A stretch of 64,000 nt of DNA, taken from positions 36,727-100,726 of the forward strand of contig JBILMF010000001.1 in NCBI GenBank assembly GCA_044375655.1, given 5' to 3'. This DNA is from Steroidobacteraceae bacterium. GTDB taxonomy: Bacteria > Pseudomonadota > Gammaproteobacteria > Steroidobacterales > Steroidobacteraceae. The stretch's first letter is position 1. Every line of letters begins with the position of its first letter. The position numbers and the translations under genes are program-made. A model generated the notes under the pieces. It had not been told where the DNA came from. It was given only the letters and a program-made list of their open reading frames with translations, and ran no database searches. Below are positions 54,867 through 62,302 of the stretch, piece after piece.

Positions 54867-55798
54867 CGCGGCACCTCGATGCCCCGTGGCGGCGGCGAAT
54901 AGATGAGGCGCGAAGGCTCCTCGCGCAGTGTACGGCCCAGGGCCTCGAGTTCGGCCGCCGCATCGCTGCCCTCGCGCATCAGGCGTTCGACTTCGGGCAG
55001 ACCATGCTGTGCGAAGTCGTCGATGCTGGCGGCGTTGTCCTTCACGAGTTCATCGAGGCGCGCGCTGGTGCTCGCGAGATGGTCGGCAACCACGCCGATG
55101 CGGTCGACGGCGCGGCGGATCGCCGGCGTCGTCTCCACGGTGGCGGCCTGCAGCGTCTGCGTCATCAGCGAAAAGTCCCGCGAGATGCCGCGCAGGTCGC
55201 GCACCAGCAGGTCGAACTCCTTCATGGTCGAAGGCAGTTCACGGCTCGCGCGATCGATGCTGGCGACAGTCCGCGACAGCGCATCGATGTTGTCGTCCGA
55301 CAGCAGGCGGCTCGCGCGCTGCGCGACCTCCGAGATCCGGCCCATCACTTCGGGCACGCCGGAGAGGATCACGTCGAAACCGGACCGCACCGAACGGATA
55401 ACCGGGTAGCGCTCGCTCTCTACCGGTGGCACGAGCCGCTTGCTGCCGGCGTCACCGAGCAGATCGACGTACAGGAGTCCGGTCACGCCGAGGAGCGACA
55501 ACTCGGCGACGGTCTTCGTGGAAACCGGAGCTGCCGCATCGATGTCGACAATCACCTGGACACGCTCCGCGGAGCGCCGGTCGATGTTCAGCGCGACCAC
55601 ACGACCGACATCGACACCGAGGTAGCGCACGGTGCTGCCGACGCTCAACCCAGAGACCGAGCCCTCGAAATAGATCTCGTGCCGCTGATAGGACCGCGCT
55701 TCGCGCGCATCCGAGTACCAGTACACGAACGCCACCGCCATGGCGAACACCAGGAGCACGAACGCACCGACGGCGGCATAGTTGGCCTCACGTTCCAT
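54863..55798 (-). CDS. MlaD/MCE-domain substrate-binding protein
   Basis: N-terminal TM helix (NYAAVGAFVLLVFAMAVAFVYW), then the MCE domain (YFEGSVSGLSVGSTVRYLGVDVGRV). Confidence 0.85.
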   Translation of the reverse strand: MEREANYAAVGAFVLLVFAMAVAFVYWYSDAREARSYQRHEIYFEGSVSGLSVGSTVRYLGVDVGRVVALNIDRRSAERVQVIVDIDAAAPVSTKTVAELSLLGVTGLLYVDLLGDAGSKRLVPPVESERYPVIRSVRSGFDVILSGVPEVMGRISEVAQRASRLLSDDNIDALSRTVASIDRASRELPSTMKEFDLLVRDLRGISRDFSLMTQTLQAATVETTPAIRRAVDRIGVVADHLASTSARLDELVKDNAASIDDFAQHGLPEVERLMREGSDAAAELEALGRTLREEPSRLIYSPPPRGIEVPR

Positions 55799-56558
55799 GG
55801 ACTGCTCCGAAACGGCGCGCCCGATCGCCGTGGAAGTACGCCTGGATCCACGGATGGGGGTGGGCGGCGATCGCCGCCAGATCCCCAGACACCATTTTGC
55901 GGTCGACGATCACACCGACACGATTGCAGGTCCGGAAAATGCTGTCCAGATCGTGGGTGATCATGACCACCGTGAGCGCGAGCTCGCGCTGCAGGCCCAC
56001 CAGCAGTTCATCGAAGGCGGCGGCGCCGATCGGATCGAGACCCGACGTCGGTTCGTCGAGGAACAGCAGCAGCGGATCCAGAGCGAGCGCCCGCGCCAGC
56101 GCGGCACGCTTGATCATGCCGCCCGAGAGTTGTGCCGGATACTTCCACGCCGCCTCCGGCGGCAAGCCGACGAGCCGCACCTTGAGCATCGCCAGCTCCT
56201 CGAGTGCGCGCGGACTGAGCTCGAGGTGCTCGAGCATCGGCAGCTGCACGTTCTGCAGCACCGTCAGCGAGCTGAACAGCGCACCTGCCTGGAAGGTCAC
56301 GCCATATACGGTCTTCAGCTCGCGCAGCGCCGCGTCGTCGAGCCGGGTGATGTCGGTACCCTGGATGCGCACCATGCCTGCCTGCGGCCGGCGCAGACCG
56401 AGGATGGTGTTGAGCAGCACACTCTTGCCCGATCCCGAGCCGCCGACGATGCCGAAGATCTCGCCCGCCATGACTTCCAGATCCAGATCGTCGTGCACCA
56501 GCTGCGCGCCGAAGCGGTTGACGATGCCGCGCGCCTCGATGAGCGGTTCGACGCTCAC
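55788..56558 (-). CDS. MlaF-like ABC transporter ATP-binding protein
   Basis: Walker A GGSGSGKSV, signature LSGGMIKR, Walker B LLFLDEPTSGLD. GTG start at 56558. Confidence 0.9.
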   Translation of the reverse strand: MSVEPLIEARGIVNRFGAQLVHDDLDLEVMAGEIFGIVGGSGSGKSVLLNTILGLRRPQAGMVRIQGTDITRLDDAALRELKTVYGVTFQAGALFSSLTVLQNVQLPMLEHLELSPRALEELAMLKVRLVGLPPEAAWKYPAQLSGGMIKRAALARALALDPLLLFLDEPTSGLDPIGAAAFDELLVGLQRELALTVVMITHDLDSIFRTCNRVGVIVDRKMVSGDLAAIAAHPHPWIQAYFHGDRARRFGAVHGT

Positions 56559-56631
56559 GTACCTACTGCCCGCATACGCCCTGCCCGCGTACGCACTGTC
56601 CGTGTACGCACTGTCCGCGCACGCGGCACGC
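56559..56631. repeat. About 5 x 15-nt degenerate tandem repeat filling the mlaE-mlaF intergenic spacer
   Basis: GTACCTACTGCCCGC / ATACGCCCTGCCCGC / GTACGCACTGTCCGT / GTACGCACTGTCCGC / GCACGCGGCACGC. Confidence 0.8.
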
Positions 56632-57744
56632 TCATATGCCCATCTCCATGAACAGTACGGCGAACAAGGCGTCGGCGAGGATCACGAGGAATATCGATTG
56701 CACGACCGCCACCGTGGTCAGGCGTCCGAGCTCGCGCGAGGAGCCTCGCACCTGCAGGCCGCGGTAGGTACCCGAAGCGGCGATCAGCAGCGCGAACACC
56801 GGCGCCTTGACGATGCCGGCCCAGAAGGTGAAGCCGGCGATCGACTCCTCCACGCGCTGGAAGTACTGCACCAGCGGCATGTCGAGCAGCGCATGGCAGA
56901 GCAGCGCGCCGCCGGCGATACCCACGGCGTCGGCGATCACCGTGAGCAGCGGCAGCGCGATCACGAGTCCGATCCAGCGTGGGAGGATCAGCACCTCGAT
57001 CGGTTCGACGCCCGTGGCCTTCAGCGCATCAACCTCCTGGTTGAGGCGCATGGCGCCGATCTCGGCGGCGAAGGCACTGCCCGAGCGGCCGGCGACGATG
57101 ATCGCCGTGAGCAGCACGCCGAGCTCGCGCAGCACGCCGACCGTGACCAGATCGACGACGAAGATGTCGGCGCCGAACTTCTGCAGCTGCTGTGCGCCCA
57201 TGTAGGCGATGATCACGCTGATCAGAAAGGCAATCAGCGCAACGATCGGAATCGCGTTGACGCCGGTCTCGTACACATGGCGCGCGATGGAGATCGGTCG
57301 CCATACCCGCGGATCGAAAAAGCCCCTCGCGAAACGCAGCGCCGCCTCACCGATGAAGGCGAGACCGGCAAGCGTTGCATGCCAGCGGTCGACGACGCTG
57401 CGGCCGAGCGCGGTGACGGGCTGCAGGTGGCGCGGCAGTCGCGCGAATGCGGGACCACTCTCCGAGGCGAGGGTGTGCTCGACGAGACGCACCGTGGCCG
57501 GAACCTCGCCGGCGTAGCCCACAGCGACTCCGGCGGCGGCAGCACGCCGGCTCAGATCGTGGATCAGCCAGGCACCGGAGAGATCGATGCGCTGTGCCGC
57601 GGAGCAGTCGATCTCGAGTTGCTGCACTCCGGAGAGTTGCAGCGCGAGCAGCGCGGGCTCGAGTTCGCCCACGCGACGCGCGGTCCACGCGCCCTCCAGG
57701 GAAAGGCGCAGCGCCGTGTCGCGCCGGGCCTCCCGGAATGACAT
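56632..57744 (-). CDS. MlaE-like ABC permease with N-terminal STAS (MlaB-like) domain
   Basis: ATG at 57744 (MSFREARR). STAS-like region LRLSLEGAWT...LEIDCSAAQRIDLSGAWLI, then the MlaE core (GVNAIPIVALIAFLISVIIAY, EIGAMRLNQEVDALK). Confidence 0.85.
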   Translation of the reverse strand: MSFREARRDTALRLSLEGAWTARRVGELEPALLALQLSGVQQLEIDCSAAQRIDLSGAWLIHDLSRRAAAAGVAVGYAGEVPATVRLVEHTLASESGPAFARLPRHLQPVTALGRSVVDRWHATLAGLAFIGEAALRFARGFFDPRVWRPISIARHVYETGVNAIPIVALIAFLISVIIAYMGAQQLQKFGADIFVVDLVTVGVLRELGVLLTAIIVAGRSGSAFAAEIGAMRLNQEVDALKATGVEPIEVLILPRWIGLVIALPLLTVIADAVGIAGGALLCHALLDMPLVQYFQRVEESIAGFTFWAGIVKAPVFALLIAASGTYRGLQVRGSSRELGRLTTVAVVQSIFLVILADALFAVLFMEMGI

Positions 57745-57986
57745 CAGCCGAGGTTCTTGTGCGATCCGTCGCACAACGGCGGCTTGGCGCTGTGCTTGCA
57801 GCCGCAGAACCAGATCTTGCCGGTCTTGTCCGCTTCGTACTTCTGCGGCGTGAACTCCGTACCCTTGTGCGAGCCGTCGCAGAAAGGCTGCTTCGCGGAC
57901 TTGCCGCAACTGCACCACCAATAGGCCTTGCCGGCCTCGACGTCGACGGGGATGGGGGTCTTGCTGGCGATTACGGGTGCGGACAT
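57744..57986 (-). CDS. CDGSH-type iron-sulfur domain protein (two CDGSH motifs)
   Basis: ATG at 57986 with GGAGG 9 nt upstream. WWCSCGKSAKQPFCDGSHK and WFCGCKHSAKPPLCDGSHK. The stop overlaps the mlaE ATG by 1 nt (TGATG). Confidence 0.85.
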   Translation of the reverse strand: MSAPVIASKTPIPVDVEAGKAYWWCSCGKSAKQPFCDGSHKGTEFTPQKYEADKTGKIWFCGCKHSAKPPLCDGSHKNLG

Positions 57987-58088
57987 GGCGGGAAACCTCC
58001 GGCGGAGTGACGGACACAGTCTACCGCGGAGCCCGCCACAGCGACCATCGTCCACCGGTCAGGGCGGCAGGCCAGCGGACGGGTGTGC

Positions 58089-58571
58089 TCAGCTCGTCGC
58101 CTGCAGGTGGGCCTCGACGAACCAGAGGTCCTTGTCGAGGGCCCCGGTGATTTCATTGAAGAGATCGGCGGTAACCTCATCGTCGAGATCATCCGCGATT
58201 TCTATCGCCTCGCGGCTCGCCCGGGCAGCGGCCGCAAGGGCATCGGCGAGGGCGTTCAGGTGCTGCGTGCCCGCATGGATGCCCTCGGGATACGGCTTCA
58301 GCGAACTGCCCGCGGCCACCGCGCGCACGGTGCCGAGGGCGGTTCCGCCGAGCGCGGTGACACGCTCGGCGATCGCGTCCGCGTGTGCGCCGGCCCGCGT
58401 GGCGATCTGGTCGAAAAGTTCGTGCAGAGCGACGAACGAGGGTCCCTTGACGTTCCAGTGGGCCTGCTTGGCCTGCAAAGAGAGGTTGATTGAATCAGCC
58501 AGTCGCGCATTGAGGAGTTCGACCACCTTCTTGCGGGTCTTGGCAGGGATGTCGTTGCGTGTCTTGTGCAT
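58089..58571 (-). CDS. dps: Dps-family DNA-protecting ferritin-like protein
   Basis: ATG at 58571 with a GGAGAGGAG RBS. QAKQAHWNVKGPSFVALHELFD, LDKDLWFVEAHL. Confidence 0.9.
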   Translation of the reverse strand: MHKTRNDIPAKTRKKVVELLNARLADSINLSLQAKQAHWNVKGPSFVALHELFDQIATRAGAHADAIAERVTALGGTALGTVRAVAAGSSLKPYPEGIHAGTQHLNALADALAAAARASREAIEIADDLDDEVTADLFNEITGALDKDLWFVEAHLQATS

Positions 58572-58700
58572 GGCTCCTCTCCGCGGGTGAATGCCGATGT
58601 TCGGGGCGGGAGCATAGATCCTGCCCGCCCGCCCTGCCATTCGGCAGATTTGATCTATCCCATGGACGGTATCTATCGACCTTCCCCGGCCCGCAGCGGA

Positions 58701-59630
58701 TCAGCTGTCATCGCGCCAGCGGCGCAGGCGGATCGCCGCGAACAGCAGCACCGCCGCGACCACGAGGCCGACGTAGAGGCCGGGGTCGGCGAGCAGCGGC
58801 GCGGCGCTGATGCTCTCGTAGGCACTGCGGATCGAGCCGAGCGCTTCTTCGGTCGTTGCGTCGTCGGCGAGCGTGACGCTCGTGCCGATGGCCTCGAAGT
58901 AACCGACGAGACGATTGGCGAGCAGCTGACCGACGTATCCGGTATCGAAAGTGGTCCGCTCGAGCAGGGCAAGCAGCGCCGGGGGCACCACGGCCCAGAG
59001 AAATGGCGAACGCTTCGCCCAGGCGGAAACCAGCAGCAGCCAGGCAGCGACCGGCGCGTACCAGAGCGAGGCGATCAGCATGTTCACGAGCAGCGTCAGC
59101 TGCAGCACGGCCCAGGTGAGCACATGGAACTGGCCGAGCGGCGCAAGCGGTGTTCCCGACACCTTGAGGGCCACCGCGGCGAACACCAGCAGTCCGGTAA
59201 CGAGCGACAGCGCCCAGACCCACAGCGGCAGCATTACCAGCGCGGTGACGACCTTGGAGACCACGGTCGCTGCGTCCGAGACGGGGAGGGACTTCCAGAA
59301 GAGGATGCTGCGGTCCTTGCGTTCGACGTAGAGCGCATCGAGCAGGTAGAACACGACCGTGACGAGGCCGACGAGCAGCACCGGCAACACCAGCGAGCTC
59401 ATCCAGATGCCGAAGATATTGCGTTGGGACTCGAGATCGCTGGAGAGCTGGCCAAAGAAATCGATGCCGTCGCGGCCGATCCGGATGTCGACGCTGCCGC
59501 CAATGTTGGCGGAAAAGAGCGAACTGACCACGGCGCCGAGCACAATGAGGCCGGCGGTGACGAGCGGCGCCCAGACGAGGCTGCGGTGCTCCCAGGTCTC
59601 CCGCTTGAGAAGGGTGAGGAAGGCGGTCAT
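58701..59630 (-). CDS. ABC-2-type membrane permease
   Basis: ATG at 59630 overlaps the ATPase stop (ATGA). About six hydrophobic helices. Confidence 0.7.
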   Translation of the reverse strand: MTAFLTLLKRETWEHRSLVWAPLVTAGLIVLGAVVSSLFSANIGGSVDIRIGRDGIDFFGQLSSDLESQRNIFGIWMSSLVLPVLLVGLVTVVFYLLDALYVERKDRSILFWKSLPVSDAATVVSKVVTALVMLPLWVWALSLVTGLLVFAAVALKVSGTPLAPLGQFHVLTWAVLQLTLLVNMLIASLWYAPVAAWLLLVSAWAKRSPFLWAVVPPALLALLERTTFDTGYVGQLLANRLVGYFEAIGTSVTLADDATTEEALGSIRSAYESISAAPLLADPGLYVGLVVAAVLLFAAIRLRRWRDDS

Positions 59631-60490
59631 GCGGTCCTCCCGGACATCTTGGCAACGAAAAGGTCGGCAATCGACGGAGTGCGCAGTTCGCCGAGCCCCT
59701 GCAGTTCGGCGGGGGCGCGCCCCTCGAAAACGAACACGGTGCGGCCGAACACCTCGCGCTCGTGGATCGGATCGAGCCGGCGTGCAGCCTCGACCTGCTC
59801 GCCGCTCGCGAGCAATTGCGCGTAGCGGTTCGGCAGTTCGTCGACCGGCGAGTCGAGCACGATGCGGCCGTGGTTGATCAGCAGCACATCGGTCAGCAGG
59901 TGCTCGACTTCTTCCACCTGGTGCGTAGTGACGAGGATGGTGCGCTCGTGGTCGAAGTAGTCGTTGAGCAGCATCTCGTAGAAGTTGCGTCGGTACAGCA
60001 GGTCGAGGCCGAGCGTCGGCTCGTCGAGCACGAGCAGGCGCGCATCGATCGCCATGATCAGCGCGAGGTGCAACTGCGTGATCATGCCCTTGGACAGTTC
60101 GCCGACGCGGCTGCGCTGGCGAATCTCGGTCTTCGCCAGCACCGCCTCGGCGCGCGCGCGATCGAAGCGCGGGTGCACGCCCTCGACGTAGTCGAGCGCG
60201 GCGCCGACGCGCAGCCACTTCGGCAGGACCGCCACATCGGCGATGAAGCAGACCTCCTGCATCAGGGCGTCGCGCTCGCTGCGCGGGTCGCGGCCCAGCA
60301 CCGTCAGCTCGCCCTCGAAGGGTGTCAGGCCGAGGATGGCCTTGAGCGCCGTGGTCTTGCCGGCGCCGTTCGGGCCCATCAGGCCGACGATGCGGCCGGG
60401 TGCCACCGAGAAGCTGACGCCGTCCAGCGCGGTCACGCTCTTGCCGTAATGCTTGCGCAGGCCGTTGGCGACGATCATGGGTGTGCTCAT
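59627..60490 (-). CDS. ABC transporter ATP-binding protein
   Basis: ATG at 60490. Walker A GPNGAGKTT, signature LSKGMITQ, Walker B LLVLDEPTLGLD. Confidence 0.9.
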   Translation of the reverse strand: MSTPMIVANGLRKHYGKSVTALDGVSFSVAPGRIVGLMGPNGAGKTTALKAILGLTPFEGELTVLGRDPRSERDALMQEVCFIADVAVLPKWLRVGAALDYVEGVHPRFDRARAEAVLAKTEIRQRSRVGELSKGMITQLHLALIMAIDARLLVLDEPTLGLDLLYRRNFYEMLLNDYFDHERTILVTTHQVEEVEHLLTDVLLINHGRIVLDSPVDELPNRYAQLLASGEQVEAARRLDPIHEREVFGRTVFVFEGRAPAELQGLGELRTPSIADLFVAKMSGRTA

Positions 60491-60849
60491 TTCTTTGCTT
60501 CCGTCTTGGGGAGCAGTTCCTCGAGCGTGAAGCCGAGGCGCTCGATGGTTGCGCGGGTGCGTGGCCACTCGTCGCGCAGGAAGCGGCTGCGCTCGTCTTT
60601 CAGCAGAGCGACGCGGGCGCCCGCGTTGACGAACATGCCGCGGCCGCGCCGTTTTTCAACGAGGCTCTCGTCGGCAAGCTCCTGATAGGCCTTCAGGACC
60701 GTCAGCGGGTTGATGCGGAACTCCGCGGCGACGTTGCGCACGGACGGCAGCGGATCGCCCTCCTTGAGGACTCCCTCGAGAATCATCGCCACGACCCGGT
60801 CCCGCAGTTGGCGGTAGATCGGGGCGTTGTCGGTCCACTGCTGGTCCAT
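60487..60849 (-). CDS. GntR-family transcriptional regulator, YtrA subfamily
   Basis: A 120-aa protein: PIYRQLRDRVVAMILEGVLKEGDPLPSVRNVAAEFRINPLTVLKAYQEL. ATGA overlap with the ABC ATPase gene. Confidence 0.85.
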   Translation of the reverse strand: MDQQWTDNAPIYRQLRDRVVAMILEGVLKEGDPLPSVRNVAAEFRINPLTVLKAYQELADESLVEKRRGRGMFVNAGARVALLKDERSRFLRDEWPRTRATIERLGFTLEELLPKTEAKK

Positions 60850-60888
60850 GCTCTCAGCCCTCCGCGGTCAGGCGGGTTAGGTTGGATG

Positions 60889-61065
60889 TCAGGCGGTCGT
60901 GCTGGCCACGGCGCCCGCCGCCGTTCCGACCCGCGCCGCCGGCAGGTGCTGCGTCGACTGGGCAAGAGCCCAGAAGAACAGCAGCGTCAGGCCGAGCGCG
61001 GCGATGGCGGCGGTGAGCATCGAGGTGGGGGCGGCGTTGGTCTGGTTGTGGTTCCACTTGGTCAC
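60889..61065 (-). CDS. Candidate 58-aa single-TM peptide leading the ytrA-ABC operon (not in the ORF track)
   Basis: GTG at 61065 is preceded by GGAGA at a 7-nt spacing. My hand translation is MTKWNHNQTNAAPTSMLTAAIAALGLTLLFFWALAQSTQHLPAARVGTAAGAVASTTA, with one clear hydrophobic helix. It is below the 60-aa cutoff of the track. Confidence 0.35.
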   Translation of the reverse strand: MTKWNHNQTNAAPTSMLTAAIAALGLTLLFFWALAQSTQHLPAARVGTAAGAVASTTA

Positions 61066-61094
61066 GGTACTGTCTCCTGCGAAAAGAATCTACT

Positions 61095-61128
61095 GTTATA
61101 TATAACTACAACACCAATACGCAGTCAA
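61095..61128 (-). promoter_or_regulatory. Candidate promoter plus GntR-type palindromic operator
   Basis: Perfect 12-bp palindrome GTTATATATAAC (61095-61106) fits the GntR GT-N-AC type. On the minus strand, TTGACT (61123-61128) is followed 17-18 nt later by a TATATA -10 box that lies inside the palindrome. Confidence 0.45.
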
Positions 61129-61196
61129 GGGGGGGGATGATCACGTAGAATCCGCGCGCGAAAAATCCGCTCCCTGACCCCTTCGGAGACTCCTGC

Positions 61197-62177
61197 ATGA
61201 AGCAGCCCCTGAACGTCGCGATCACCGGTGCCGCCGGGCAGATCGGCTACGCCCTCGCCTTCCGCGTCGCCTCGGGCGCCATGCTCGGCCCCGACCAGCC
61301 AGTCAACCTGCACCTGCTCGAAATCACCCCGGCGCTGCCGGCGCTGCAGGGCGTCGTCATGGAGCTCAACGATTGCGCGTTCCCTACGCTCAACAGGGTG
61401 GTGGCAACCGACGACGCGCGCGTTGCCTTCAAGGATTGCCACGCGGGACTGCTGGTGGGAGCGCGGCCGCGCGGACCGGGCATGGAGCGCAAGGACCTGC
61501 TGCTCGCCAACGCGCAGATCTTCTCCGCGCAGGGTAAGGCGCTGAACGATGTGGCGGCACGTGACGTGCGCGTGCTGGTGGTCGGCAACCCGGCGAACAC
61601 CAATGCGCTGATCGCCATGAAGAACGCGCCGTCGCTGAAGCCGCAGAGTTTCACGGCGATGACCCGCCTCGACCACAACCGCGCGCTGTCGCAGCTTGCG
61701 GAGAAGACCGGTGCGCACGTCAACGACATCCAGAAGATGATCATCTGGGGCAACCACTCGGCGACCCAGTACCCGGACATCAACCACTGCCTCGTCAAGG
61801 GCCAGCCGGCGCGCTCGCTGGTCGATGCGGAGTGGATCGAGAAGACCTTCATCCCGACGGTGCAGCAGCGTGGCGCCGCCATCATCAAGGCACGTGGCGC
61901 CTCCTCGGCGGCATCGGCCGGGTCAGCGGCCATCGACCACGTGCGCGACTGGTTCCGCGGTTCGCCGCAGGGCGACTGGCTGTCGATGGGCATCCCGTCG
62001 GATGGCAGCTACGGCATCCCCGAGGGGGTCATCTACTCCTACCCCGTGGTCTGCCGCGGCGGACACTTCGAGATCGTGCAGGGGCTCGCCATCGACGAGT
62101 TCAGCCGCCAGCGCATGGATGCCACCCATCGGGAGCTGCTCGAGGAGCGGGATGGGGTGAAAGACCTGCTCGGCTGA
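61197..62177 (+). CDS. mdh: Malate dehydrogenase
   Basis: [14 protein letters not shown]; the family-typical LLEI...[14 protein letters not shown]; [12 protein letters not shown]. Confidence 0.95.
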   Translation: MKQPLNVAITGAAGQIGYALAFRVASGAMLGPDQPVNLHLLEITPALPALQGVVMELNDCAFPTLNRVVATDDARVAFKDCHAGLLVGARPRGPGMERKDLLLANAQIFSAQGKALNDVAARDVRVLVVGNPANTNALIAMKNAPSLKPQSFTAMTRLDHNRALSQLAEKTGAHVNDIQKMIIWGNHSATQYPDINHCLVKGQPARSLVDAEWIEKTFIPTVQQRGAAIIKARGASSAASAGSAAIDHVRDWFRGSPQGDWLSMGIPSDGSYGIPEGVIYSYPVVCRGGHFEIVQGLAIDEFSRQRMDATHRELLEERDGVKDLLG

Positions 62178-62211
62178 GGCCGGGCGGACCGCCTGAGGCC
62201 GGGCGGACCGC
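62174..62211. repeat. Perfect 2 x 19-nt tandem duplication that includes the mdh stop codon
   Basis: CTGAGGCCGGGCGGACCGC occurs at 62174-62192 and again at 62193-62211. Confidence 0.9.
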
Positions 62212-62302
62212 GATTGCGCCGCGCGGGAGGCGGGGTACGCCCCCGCCACCGCGCGGCCCGATACCCTTTTTCAATGGCGCCGCCTTCCATTAGGCTGTTG
62301 CC

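Noticed and set aside
60854-61057. 67-aa track ORF upstream of the GntR gene.
   Set aside because: The translation is Arg/His/Pro-rich with no hydrophobic or structured character. An alternative frame on the same strand (60889-61065) has an SD and a TM helix and is the better, though still tentative, candidate.
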